Positions 27,742 to 37,944 of a DNA stretch of 64,000 bases are shown piece by piece. The position numbers were made by a program, and so were the translations under genes. Position 1 is the first letter of the stretch, and every line of letters begins with the position of its first letter. The notes under the pieces were generated by a model. That model saw only the letters and a program-made list of their open reading frames with translations. It made no database searches and was not told where the DNA came from. The stretch is from an uncultured candidate division Zixibacteria bacterium (GTDB lineage: Bacteria; Zixibacteria; MSB-5A5; UBA10806). The stretch covers positions 128,171 through 192,170 of the forward strand of contig CAWFQL010000016.1 of NCBI GenBank assembly GCA_963817915.1, written 5' to 3'.

Positions 27742-29043
27742 ATGCGCAACAAATCAAACAAAATCATCTTATCAGCTTTGGCGATATGTATTTTGCTTTT
27801 GGTCTTCTCATGCTCAAAGGACGAGCCAACCGATCCCAATATGCCGGGGCCACCAAGCTTGACAACCGCTGCCGTCAGTGCAATTACACAATCTACGGCA
27901 GAATGCGGCGGCACTATTACTTCCGATGGCCGTAGAACTGTAACCTCACGGGGAGTCTGCTGGAGTACAAACCCGACACCGACAATAGCTGATAGCCTTA
28001 CAATTGACGGCGCGGGCGTAGGAAGTTTTGTTAGTTCCATCGCCGGTTTGTCTGCCAATACTCTTTATTACGTCAGGGCCTATGCTACCAATGAAATTGG
28101 CACCAGCTATGGCGACTCTATATCGTTTTCGACTTTGTCTTCTGCGCCGGTGCCTGTATTAAGTACGGCCGAAGTCACGGGAGTAACGCACGCGGCAGCC
28201 CAGTGCGGCGGGAATATTACATCGGATGGCGGGGCAACCGTAACCGCTCGCGGCGTATGCTGGAGTACAAATCTGACACCTACTGTGGCCGATAGCAAAA
28301 CTACTGATGGTACCGGAGCAGGCAGTTTTACCAGTTCCATAACAGGATTGACAGACAGCACTGCTTATTATGTCAGGGCTTATGCCACTAATAGCAACGG
28401 CACTGGTTATGGCAATACTTCATCATTCACAACGACTGATTCAATGGGAACAGTAACGGATATAGACGGCAATATTTATCAAACGGTAAAGATAGGTAAT
28501 CAATGGTGGATGGCAGAGAATCTGAAAGTAACTCATTACCGCAATGGCGATGCCATACCCAATGTAACCGACAATACCGCATGGGAAGGTCTTACTACAG
28601 GAGCATATTGCAACTATAATAACGATACTGCCCAATGTTGCTATTTATGGCAGACTGTATAACTGGTATGCCGTAAATGACAGCCGCAATATAGCGCCAG
28701 CAGGCTGGCATGTGCCGAGTGATGCTGAGTGGCAGACATTAGTTGATTATCTTGGCGGCAATGCAGTTGCAGGCGGGAAGATGAAAGAAACGGAACCACA
28801 CATTGGAGCAGCCCCAATACTGGAGCCACCAACGAAAGCGGTTTTTCCGCGTTGCCCGGCGGCTACCGTAGCAGCAATGGGACTTATGTACGATATGGGT
28901 AACTACGCCTACTTTTGGTCTTCTACGGAGAACGATAGTAACGACGCATGGTACCGTAGTCTGAGTTACATAATTCAGAAGTCTTCCGGCATAACACTAC
29001 AACTATGCAAGACGGTTTCTCGGTTCGTTGTGTTAAGGATTAA
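27742..29043 (+). pseudogene. Decayed lipoprotein gene: two fibronectin-III-like repeats plus a Fibrobacter succinogenes major paralogous (FISUMP) domain, at least 4 frameshifts
   Basis: Lipobox LLVFSC. Tandem ~90-aa repeats (CGG.ITSDGG.TVT.RGVCWST...YYVRAYATN). The FISUMP motifs are scattered over frames 1 and 2: IGNQWWMAENL (f1), LYNWYAV..PSDAEWQTLVDYLGG..AGGKMKE (f2), GTTHWSSPNTGATNESGFSALPGGYR (f1), AYFWSSTE..AWYR (f2), GFSVRCVKD-stop (f1). Confidence 0.6.
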
Positions 29044-29312
29044 TTTGGTACCGTTCTACCACCTGACTTGAAAAAAGCGGGAGTAAATTTTGTCGGATAA
29101 GAGCAACCGACACCGCAAGAAACACTATTTCGTTTTGCTATGATTGCATTATGCAGCTATTTTAAAGTATTATCAACGGTTTTATTTTAATGTCTAATAA
29201 TGTATTACAACATTTCTTGACAGTTCTGGAAATGTTTCCTATAATCATGGAGTATCGGCATGCATTTGAGTGAAGCAATCATTAATTTAATTAATTTGAG
29301 GAGGTGATAAAA

Positions 29313-29501
29313 TTGACAAAGCCAAAGCCCAATCGGACAATATACCGTCGATCAGATAATGGGGAGATTACAACAAAAAAATATGCAGAAGAACATCTTC
29401 ACAACAACCGAGAAGGAAAAAATATATGTTCCACCACCCAAGAAACGGGGACGTTAATACGAGCTTTTCAGGATTATCATAGTATTGCCTTACCATACTA
29501 A
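29313..29501 (+). CDS. Small basic hypothetical protein (62 aa) with a strong Shine-Dalgarno sequence
   Basis: gaggaggtg lies 7 nt upstream of a TTG start. Lys/Arg-rich N-terminus. No homologue recognised. Confidence 0.3.
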   Translation: MTKPKPNRTIYRRSDNGEITTKKYAEEHLHNNREGKNICSTTQETGTLIRAFQDYHSIALPY

Positions 29502-29734
29502 GTTTGGCAATTTAAAATATTATCTAATGCCCGAATTTAGTAGACAACGCTCCTAAAATCTACGATTCACCTATTCCTCATAAAATAACGGACTTAACCT
29601 GATTGGTGATTATCGTAATATTTATTAGGTCGGGCTCTTTTTTTGCGTGCTGTTTGTTCCCCGGCCTGTCAAAAAATGCGGGCTAAATTTTATCGGATGA
29701 GGGCATCCGACTTCACGAGTAATTAATTACTTAA

Positions 29735-30031
29735 TTAAGGTAGCACTGTTGGAAGCCATCCCGTTTCAAGTTCTCCGCTTTTGTTAAGATTGGAATGAAA
29801 CTTCCAGACCGTGCCGGTTTGGGTATCAATCTTAAAAACCTCATCATTGCTAACCTTTACTCGAAGGTTTTCATCAAAGTGACTGTAATGGCCCTGAAAA
29901 AGCTGATATCTTTCTATTTCTCCTCTTGCGCCTGATTGTGCACTTGAGGGCTTATCCAATAACAGTTGAACAAGAATTACAGCGATAGCCGATACCAGCA
30001 GAATCGTCTTGATTTTTTCAATCTTAAACAT
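29735..30031 (-). CDS. Small secreted hypothetical protein
   Basis: 98 aa with an N-terminal hydrophobic signal-like segment. Confidence 0.35.
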   Translation of the reverse strand: MFKIEKIKTILLVSAIAVILVQLLLDKPSSAQSGARGEIERYQLFQGHYSHFDENLRVKVSNDEVFKIDTQTGTVWKFHSNLNKSGELETGWLPTVLP

Positions 30032-30316
30032 AGTATTTTCGCCTTTCTTTTAAGCGTTTTCAGGATCATTCATATATCGCGTATAAGCGTGCCCCATGTT
30101 TTTCGCCTGTAAAATCTAATTTGCTTCCTGACTTACAGTTGCTTCTCCTACCTCCCCAGCACCTCCAGGCTCGCGTATTTGACCATCAGCTTTTTGGTGC
30201 CGGCTCGTTCGAAACGGACTGTTACCATCAGATTATCGCCGGAGCCCTCGCGCGCCATCACTATCCCATGACCGAATTTATCATGCATCACCGCCGTGCC
30301 GATTGCTAACATATCG

Positions 30317-32363
30317 TTAACGACAGATTCGAATGTTACTTCCGTCTGCTTGCGGCTTGGTTTTGGCGTGCGGTTTTACATACTGCCCGCGCGGCTGGGG
30401 TTTGTAGACATCATTCCAGTAGTTGAATCGTTCCACTTCGAGCATTTCTTCGGGTATATCCTGCAAAAATTCCGACGGCCCGCCGGTGAAATCGCCCCAG
30501 CGCCGCCTGAATCCCGCCATCGCCATGTAAAGCTTATTCTTGGCGCGCGTGATACCGACATAGCAGAGCCGCCGTTCCTCTTCCATATCGCCCGGCTCGC
30601 CGTAATTCCGTCTCAATGGAAACAGGCCATCCTCCATTCCGGCCATGAAGACCGAATCGAATTCCAGCCCCTTGGCCGAATGAAGCGTCATCAATGTCAC
30701 CGCCTGAGCCTCGCTATCCAATGTATCGATATCGCTGATCAGCGCCACCTCTTCGAGGAACCCCGCCAACGTCGGCGCTTCGGTCCGTTCGCAATACTCC
30801 TCGATACCCGACACCAATTCGCGCACGTTGTCGGCTCGAACATCGGCCTCGGGCGTGGCCTCTTCTTCGAGCATTCGCAAATATTTGATATCCTCGATTA
30901 TGCGCGCGGCGATATCATGCGGTTCCAGAGCTCTCCAATTTCTCCGAGAGATTATTCATAATGCCGATAAATTTCTGTATCTCCAATTTCGCCTTGCCGC
31001 CGATCTCAAGCTCATTCATCGATTTCAACAAAACCTGCATCAACGGCATTCCCTGCTTGGCCGCGTGGCTTTCGAGTTTTTCGATACTGGTCTTGCCGAT
31101 GCCCCGTTTGGGCATATTGATTATTCTCAATAGCGCGATATCATCGGCGGGATTGATCAGCAGGCGCAAATAGGCGAGAATATCCTTAACCTCGGCTCGT
31201 TCATAAAATCTGATACCGCCGACAATCTTGTAAGGGAGCCCCTTGTAACGAAGCGAATCCTCGATCACACGCGACTGGGCGTTGGTGCGATACAAAATCG
31301 CGAAATCCGACGGCGACTTATCGTATGTAATGCCAAGTCTGATTTTTTCGGCAATCGCCTCGCCCTCGTTGACCTCGTCCCCGCATAGGAGCAATGTTAT
31401 CTTATCGCCGCCCTTTTTCTCGGTGAAGAGTTTCTTGGCTTTTCGTCCGAGATTTTTCGAGACCACTTCGCCCGCGGCGTCCAATATGATCTGTGTCGAA
31501 CGGTAATTCTGTTCGAGCTTGATCTCCTTGCATTCGGGATAATCCTTCTCGAAATCGAGAATATTGCTGATATCCGCCCCGCGCCAGGCGTAGATCGATT
31601 GATCATCATCGCCGACAACACAGAGATTATGGCTGGCCGACGCCAGTAATTTCACCAAACGATACTGGCAATGATTGGTATCTTGATACTCATCTACCAT
31701 CAAATATTTAAAGCGATCATGAAATATCTTCAAAATATCCGGCCGTTTTTCGAAAAGTTCGACCGTCTTCATCAAGAGGTCATCGAAATCCATGGCCTGA
31801 TTTTTGGCCAAGCGTTTTTGATACTCATCATAAATTTTCGCCACATTTTCTTCGAGAAAATCCGACGCGGCCGAAGCATATTCCGATGGCGTCAATAATT
31901 TGTCTTTGGCCTTTGATATTTTGGATTTGGCCGCCCCGAACGTCGGCTGAGTATCCGATAGCCCCTTATCCTTGTAAATCCGCTTGAGCAACGCCAGCGA
32001 TTCGGATTCATCATATATGGAGAAGCTCTTGATATACCCCAGCGCCGCACCATGGTCCCGCAATGTCCTCGCGCAAAATGAGTGGAATGTCGAAACCCAG
32101 ACCTTGCCGCCATCCGGCCCCATGATATCGATCACCCGTTGCTTCATCTCGCCCGCGGCTTTGTTGGTGAATGTCACCGCCAATATCTGCCACGGCTTGG
32201 CCGTCCCGGTCGCGATTAGATGCGCGATACGATGAGTGATGACTCGTGTTTTGCCAGAACCGGCTCCAGCAAGTATCAGCAACGGGCCATCGAGTTGCTC
32301 TACGGCCTGCCTTTGACGATCATTCAGCCCATCGAGATGCTTGTACTTTTCCATCGCCGCCAA
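30317..32363 (-). CDS. UvrD/PcrA-type ATP-dependent DNA helicase, split by a frameshift around 30915-30935
   Basis: Walker A AGAGSGKTRV, motifs Ia through VI across the 482-aa ORF. The 187-aa downstream ORF carries the TLMTLHSAKGLEF and YVGITRA motifs. In a third frame IAARIIEDIKYLRML reads through the junction. Confidence 0.75.
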
Positions 32364-32403
32364 TATATAAATTTGATTTTGCTTAACAAGCGGTAAAAAG
32401 CTG

Positions 32404-32620
32404 TTTGCGTGTCAAAGCTTGCTTTGACCGCAAGATATTGCCGCGATTATCGTGTCGTGGGGTCCGCGCACCCACGATTAGGCAAATTTTGTAGGGGTTT
32501 GATTTATCAAACCCTAATACTTGTCATTCCGCACTCGATGCGGAATCTATCATGCTTTTCAGTTATGCGTCAGGATGGAATAAAATTTATTTGCGTGTCA
32601 AAGCTTGCTTTGACCGCAAT
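32404..32620. repeat. Repeat block: two 30-bp direct repeats (tttgcgtgtcaaagcttgctttgaccgcaa), each holding the 18-bp perfect palindrome gtcaaagcttgctttgac, flanking three hairpins
   Basis: Direct repeats at 32404-32433 and 32591-32620. Internal hairpins ttgtaggggtttgatttatcaaaccctaa and gtcattccgcactcgatgcggaatc. Confidence 0.55.
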
Positions 32621-32692
32621 ATGCTGTTGCGGTCGCAGTAAACTGCGACGCGCATGAGAACACAATTTAATATTTGACATATGAAATGTTAA

Positions 32693-32914
32693 ATGATTAA
32701 AATGGCGGCATCTATGATTATCAATCTTGAAAAATACAATGATGACTTGATGGCCATTCCTGGTGTTGTCGGGACAGGCAAAACCATGATAAACTGCAAA
32801 CCGGTAATTATGATTAAGGCTCGGCAAGATAACAATGAAATCAGGACTAAAGTCAACTCTGTATTGCGCGGCCTACCTTTCAAAATAGAAGTTGTCGGTG
32901 ATATCAAAGCATAG
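32693..32914 (+). CDS. Small hypothetical protein (about 70 aa)
   Basis: ORF directly downstream of a TTGACA-17-TTAAAAT promoter-like sequence. Possible alternative start at 32702. No confident homology. Confidence 0.3.
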   Translation: MIKMAASMIINLEKYNDDLMAIPGVVGTGKTMINCKPVIMIKARQDNNEIRTKVNSVLRGLPFKIEVVGDIKA

Positions 32915-33407
32915 TCCTGAGAAAGATTTCAAGCCGCAAATTCGCGCATATTTTGAATAATTTTAATTGACATAATGTCCAGTCCCTATTACAGTAATGC
33001 CCCAATAGATATGAATGACAACAGGAACGGGCAACTTGAAGAAAATATTATTTAAGACAGCTTTTGGGGTTATGATTCTCGCGGTAATCATTATTATTTC
33101 CATTTTCCTTTATGATAATGAAAGGGCAATTTCCAATACACGCAATAACTCGCCGGAAAAAGCTCTCAGTATCGATGATAAATAGGACTTAGCGTTTACA
33201 TTTGACCATTCAAAATTCAAATATCCAAATATCGCTTTAAAACTTCCATTGTTTGCTTGTATAATTCGTTCATGAAGGCATTTTCTATGAGTATTGATGA
33301 TCTTATCATTCGGCGCCAAACCGATTATTCATACTACCCTAATCATTCCCTAACGATCTTGGAGTTTGTTCCTAAGTAAAAACTAACCAAACCATGGATG
33401 ACGAAAG

Positions 33408-34097
33408 ATGCCTAAGGAAAAAATACTAATCGTAGAAGATGATAAGAATATTGTAGAATTGATCAGGTATAATCTGGCCCGGGAAGGCTATCGCCCCGAA
33501 ATCGCGCTGACCGGCGAGGATGCGATCAAATCAGCAAAAAGCAATATGCCCGATCTCATTCTACTTGATCTTATGCTCCCTGGTATGGATGGTCTCGAAA
33601 TCTGCAAAATTCTGAAAAATGATCATAAAACATCCAATATGCCGATCATAATGGTCACAGCCAAAGGCGAAGAATCGGATATAATTACCGGCCTCGAATT
33701 GGGGGCGGATGATTATATCACCAAACCATTCAGCCCCAAAATCCTGATCGCACGAATCAGGGCTGTCTTGCGCCGAAAAGCCGCCGAAAAATTGAAAGAG
33801 GACGCACCCGTAAATATCAGGGAGTTGACTATAGACCCATTGCGGCATGAAGTGAAAGTAGCTGGACAGACAATCGATTTTACCAATACCGAATTCAGAA
33901 TTATCCATTTTCTGGCGTCGAAACCGGGCAGGGTTTTCACTCGTTATCAAATCGTGAATAATATTAAGGGAGAAGATTACCCGGTCACGGACCGTTCAGT
34001 CGATGTCCAAATAGTCGGAATCCGAAAAAAATCGCCGCATCTGGCTGATTATATAGAGACAGTCCGGGGCGTGGGGTATAGATTTAAAGAAGAATAG
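33408..34097 (+). CDS. phoB: OmpR/PhoB-family response regulator
   Basis: Receiver with D-D-K residues (EDD...DLMLPGMDG...K) and a winged-helix C-terminus. Heads the phoR-porin-pstSCAB-phoU array. Confidence 0.75.
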   Translation: MPKEKILIVEDDKNIVELIRYNLAREGYRPEIALTGEDAIKSAKSNMPDLILLDLMLPGMDGLEICKILKNDHKTSNMPIIMVTAKGEESDIITGLELGADDYITKPFSPKILIARIRAVLRRKAAEKLKEDAPVNIRELTIDPLRHEVKVAGQTIDFTNTEFRIIHFLASKPGRVFTRYQIVNNIKGEDYPVTDRSVDVQIVGIRKKSPHLADYIETVRGVGYRFKEE

Positions 34098-35516
34098 ATG
34101 AGATCACAACGATTATTCTGGCATATTTATCCGGCATATTTGGTGCTGATAACCTTTCTGATATTCGCCTTCGCGCTTATTATTTCCGGATTAGTAACCG
34201 AGGGCCTGAAAGATCATGTTGTCAGTTCTCCGCTTGTCATCCAGATTTATCAAGTCGCCTTTATAATAGATTTGATATTCGCCATTATTGGCGCCTTTAT
34301 TTGCGATATTGCGGCCAAGAAGATCTCCGGCCCAATCAACGATATCTATCGAGCCATCTCGCATTATGCCAGAAATGATTTCGATGCCAGAATCCAGGAA
34401 TCATCCATACGAGAGATTAATAACCTAATCGCGACAGTGAAAGATATGTCATCCAAGTTGGAATTGAAATCCAACGAATCCAATGGGCTATCCAATGAGC
34501 AGATTGCGATGCTCGAATGTATGACTGAAGGTGTTTTAGCTGTCGATAATACCGAAAAAATAATCAAGCTCAATCAAGCCGCCTCAACTATGCTCAATAT
34601 AGATATCGCCGCGGCAAACGGCCGCCAAGTGCAGGAAATTGTTCGAAATAGCGATATACAAAAATTCATCAGCAAAACCTTATCCGGAGGTCGTCCGGTA
34701 GAGGGTCAATTCATCGTTAACCTGAAATCAGCGCGATATTTCCAGGCACATGGCACTGTCCTGCGCGATTCCTTCCAAAAGAAGCTCGGTGCCTTAATCG
34801 TGCTGAATGATATCACCGAGCTGAAAAGACTCGAAAATATACGTAAAGACTTCGTTGCCAATGTATCCCATGAATTGAAGACGCCGGTTACATCAATAAA
34901 GGGTTTTGTCGAAACCCTCCTCGACGGGGCGATCGATAATGTCAAAGAAGCCAGACAATTCCTCGATATTATATTAAAACAATCCGACAGGCTTAACGCC
35001 ATTATTGAGGATTTGCTGAATCTTTCGAGAATTGAACGAGATATCGAAGGGGATGCCATAGCACTGGAAAAGAAAATGCTATCTGAAATCGTAAAATCCG
35101 CAGTCGAAAATGCTGAATCCAAGGCCACCGATAAAAGGATCATAATTGAATCACGGATTACAAATGACATAGTATTGCGGGTTAATCCCATCTTGTTGGA
35201 GCAGGCGATCTTCAATCTGCTGGACAATGCCATTAAATACAGCGATCCAACTGGAAAAATAATGGTATCCTTGATTTGTACATCCCACGAAGCCATTATC
35301 TCTGTTGAGGATCATGGCCGCGGGATACCCGCCGAGCACCTTTCCCGAATTTTCGAGCGATTCTATAGAGTTGATAATTCCAGGAGCGATTCCGAGGGCG
35401 GAACCGGTTTAGGGCTGGCGATAGCCAAGCATATCGCCATCGCGCATAAGGGCGACATCGAAGTTGAGAGTGCCATCGGTAAGGGAAGTGTTTTTCGTAT
35501 ACTCCTGCCAATTTAA
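34098..35516 (+). CDS. phoR: PAS-domain sensor histidine kinase (PhoR-like)
   Basis: Two TM segments, PAS, H-box HELKTPVTSIKGF, and N/G1/G2 boxes in the HATPase domain. Confidence 0.7.
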   Translation: MRSQRLFWHIYPAYLVLITFLIFAFALIISGLVTEGLKDHVVSSPLVIQIYQVAFIIDLIFAIIGAFICDIAAKKISGPINDIYRAISHYARNDFDARIQESSIREINNLIATVKDMSSKLELKSNESNGLSNEQIAMLECMTEGVLAVDNTEKIIKLNQAASTMLNIDIAAANGRQVQEIVRNSDIQKFISKTLSGGRPVEGQFIVNLKSARYFQAHGTVLRDSFQKKLGALIVLNDITELKRLENIRKDFVANVSHELKTPVTSIKGFVETLLDGAIDNVKEARQFLDIILKQSDRLNAIIEDLLNLSRIERDIEGDAIALEKKMLSEIVKSAVENAESKATDKRIIIESRITNDIVLRVNPILLEQAIFNLLDNAIKYSDPTGKIMVSLICTSHEAIISVEDHGRGIPAEHLSRIFERFYRVDNSRSDSEGGTGLGLAIAKHIAIAHKGDIEVESAIGKGSVFRILLPI

Positions 35517-35938
35517 AGTACTTTTGTGTTTGCACCGCGTTTCGCAAAATAGTCCATGTCAGGATGTTTGCTTGGAATAGTTGTTCCATTTTGAAACGCC
35601 ACCACAGAGATGACTCAACTGCCACTATCCACAACCGATTGAAATTCATAGAGTTTGCAATTTTATAGGCTAATAATTTGACAATGGCCGCCGATATAGT
35701 GTAATGAATTGCAACATCGGGCAACCGTTTCGAAAGTTTATCGTATAGAGATATTCTCAGAAAGGGCAGCCTGAGCAGGAGGGGACTTCAAATTTGCTTT
35801 CGTTCGTTTTACATATATCTAACATTCGCCTAATTATTCTCTAACACTGTGAATGTTTATAGGAGGTGATTGAAGAACAAAAAACTGGTTTTGTTGAAGG
35901 GAGTAGGACTAACATTGAACTTTAGACAAGGAATTAAG

Positions 35939-37060
35939 ATGAAAAAAGTCATTTTCGCAATAGCAATGACATTGGTAGTAATAAGCTTCGCAACGGCTTT
36001 TGCGGCTGAGACCACAATTGAAGGTCGTATTTATGCCACATGGGCAATGCGCATGAGCGAAGGTTACACTACTATTGATGGTAATGTTGTCGACTTAAAG
36101 GGATTTAGCAAGTTTTCCGTTGACCGTTCATATGTCACCGTGAAATCCAAACTCAGCGATTATGTCAGTCTGGCAATTACTTCTGATATGAGAGATTTCA
36201 CGACAGAAAATACCAGCTTCAAGGGTTATGACATTATTCTCAAAAACGCTTACGTCGACTGGCGTCTGAATTTCGCTCCCGATCTTCTCACTCTCAGACT
36301 CGGTCTACAGGCCAATAAATATGCCGATTTTTCTGATAACACAATTTGGGGCCGCCGCTATATGGAAAAATCCGCCTACGATTTGAATGATATGCTCACT
36401 ACGGCCGACTTAGGCGCCAATCTGAATTTTAATATCGGAGATAAGGGCAAATGGGGCACGGCTGGCGTAGCCCTCTGGAATGGAACAAAATATACCGCCC
36501 TTGCCGAGAAAAATGCCAATAAAGACATCAGTATTTATGGCATTTTCAAACCGTTGGTCAATAATCCCGATTTTGACAAGACAATGGTAGGCGCCCAGAT
36601 TTATCTCGGTACCCAGAACGAATCATTTGATACCTCTGCTGTTGAAAAAGCCAGCGACAGGAAACATCAGGTAATTTCATTCGGCGGCAAGTTCAACTAC
36701 AAGAGCTACTTCGATATCGGCCTCGATTATTTCATGAATACTCTTGGACAGGGACCCTCCCCCGAAAAGGATAAGAAGCAAACTTCACTTTCAATTATAG
36801 CCGCGCTTTACGCCAAACCGTTCGTGACGGAAACATCACCGATAAGAACGCTCAATCTCGTTATTCGCTACGACATGTGGAATCCTAATACCGAACCTCC
36901 AGCTGGTGAAAAAGTAAAAGAAAACTACATGATTGTCGGTATCGAATGTGTTCCGATCAAGGGCGTGACCTCATCGCTCAATTATAAATCAAGAAGCTAC
37001 GAAGATTCAGCGATTAAATCGGTAAATTATCTCTATCTAAATACCGAGTTCAGATTCTAA
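35939..37060 (+). CDS. Outer-membrane porin, probably phosphate-selective (OprO/P-like)
   Basis: Signal peptide MKKVIFAIAMTLVVISFATAFA, beta-barrel body, C-terminal ...NTEFRF. Sits between phoR and pstS. Confidence 0.5.
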   Translation: MKKVIFAIAMTLVVISFATAFAAETTIEGRIYATWAMRMSEGYTTIDGNVVDLKGFSKFSVDRSYVTVKSKLSDYVSLAITSDMRDFTTENTSFKGYDIILKNAYVDWRLNFAPDLLTLRLGLQANKYADFSDNTIWGRRYMEKSAYDLNDMLTTADLGANLNFNIGDKGKWGTAGVALWNGTKYTALAEKNANKDISIYGIFKPLVNNPDFDKTMVGAQIYLGTQNESFDTSAVEKASDRKHQVISFGGKFNYKSYFDIGLDYFMNTLGQGPSPEKDKKQTSLSIIAALYAKPFVTETSPIRTLNLVIRYDMWNPNTEPPAGEKVKENYMIVGIECVPIKGVTSSLNYKSRSYEDSAIKSVNYLYLNTEFRF

Positions 37061-37087
37061 TAAAATTTTTAGCAACGGAGATTTGCC

Positions 37088-37933
37088 ATGAAAAAAATCC
37101 TAATCCCGCTGGTTCTTTTGACGAGCTTCGTAATCGCGCAAGCGGGAACGATCAACGTCAAGGGTTCCGACACAATGGTGATTCTCGGTCAGCGTTTGGC
37201 CGAGCAGTACATGAAACTCAACAAAGGGACAACTATTGCCGTATCGGGTGGCGGATCGGGCGTAGGTATATCAGCTCTGATTAATAAGACTACCGATATT
37301 TGCCAAGCGTCCCGGGACATGAAACCGAAAGAGACTCAGGATGCCACTGCCAATGGCGTAAAGCCATATAGGGCGGCAATCGCGCTTGACGGCATCGCGG
37401 TTTTCGTGAATACCGGCAATCCCGTGAAAACATTTACGCTCGCTCAATTGAAGGGCATCTATACGGGCAAAATCACAAACTGGAAAGAAGTGGGCGGACC
37501 CGATAAGCCAATTATTCTCTACGGCAGGGAAAATAGCTCCGGCACTTATGCATTCTTCAAAGAGCACGTGATGACAAACGAAGATTACGCGGCCACAATG
37601 CAGGCTATGGCTGGCACCGCGGCTTTAGTCAACGCTGTATCAAAAGATGCTAATGGAATCGGCTATAGCGGTGTTGCATGGGATAAGGGTGTTCATGTCG
37701 TCTCTATCAAGAAAGATGAGAAATCCGCGGCAATTGCGCCGATAATGGAGACTATCACTAATGGCACTTATCCTATAACCCGGGCCCTCTATTGGTTCAC
37801 CAATGGCACCCCGACCGGAGAAATGAAAAGCCTGCTAAACTGGGTGATTTCAGCCGACGGTCAGGAAATTGTCAAGGCAGCCGAATATATCCCGCTTCCG
37901 AAGGATATGGCCCTTGAAGAGTTAATTCCCTAA
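37088..37933 (+). CDS. pstS: Phosphate ABC transporter substrate-binding protein
   Basis: Signal peptide. GSDTM...SGGGSG and the PBP-like_2 fold. Confidence 0.8.
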   Translation: MKKILIPLVLLTSFVIAQAGTINVKGSDTMVILGQRLAEQYMKLNKGTTIAVSGGGSGVGISALINKTTDICQASRDMKPKETQDATANGVKPYRAAIALDGIAVFVNTGNPVKTFTLAQLKGIYTGKITNWKEVGGPDKPIILYGRENSSGTYAFFKEHVMTNEDYAATMQAMAGTAALVNAVSKDANGIGYSGVAWDKGVHVVSIKKDEKSAAIAPIMETITNGTYPITRALYWFTNGTPTGEMKSLLNWVISADGQEIVKAAEYIPLPKDMALEELIP

Positions 37934-37944
37934 ATTTAGTAGCT

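Noticed and set aside
30296-31173. Plus-strand ORFs of 221, 101 and 70 aa opposite uvrD
   Set aside because: Antisense to conserved helicase motifs. Arg/Ala-rich translations typical of reverse-frame artefacts.
33110-33319. 69-aa minus-strand ORF upstream of phoB
   Set aside because: No start context or homology. It lies within a probable regulatory region for phoB.
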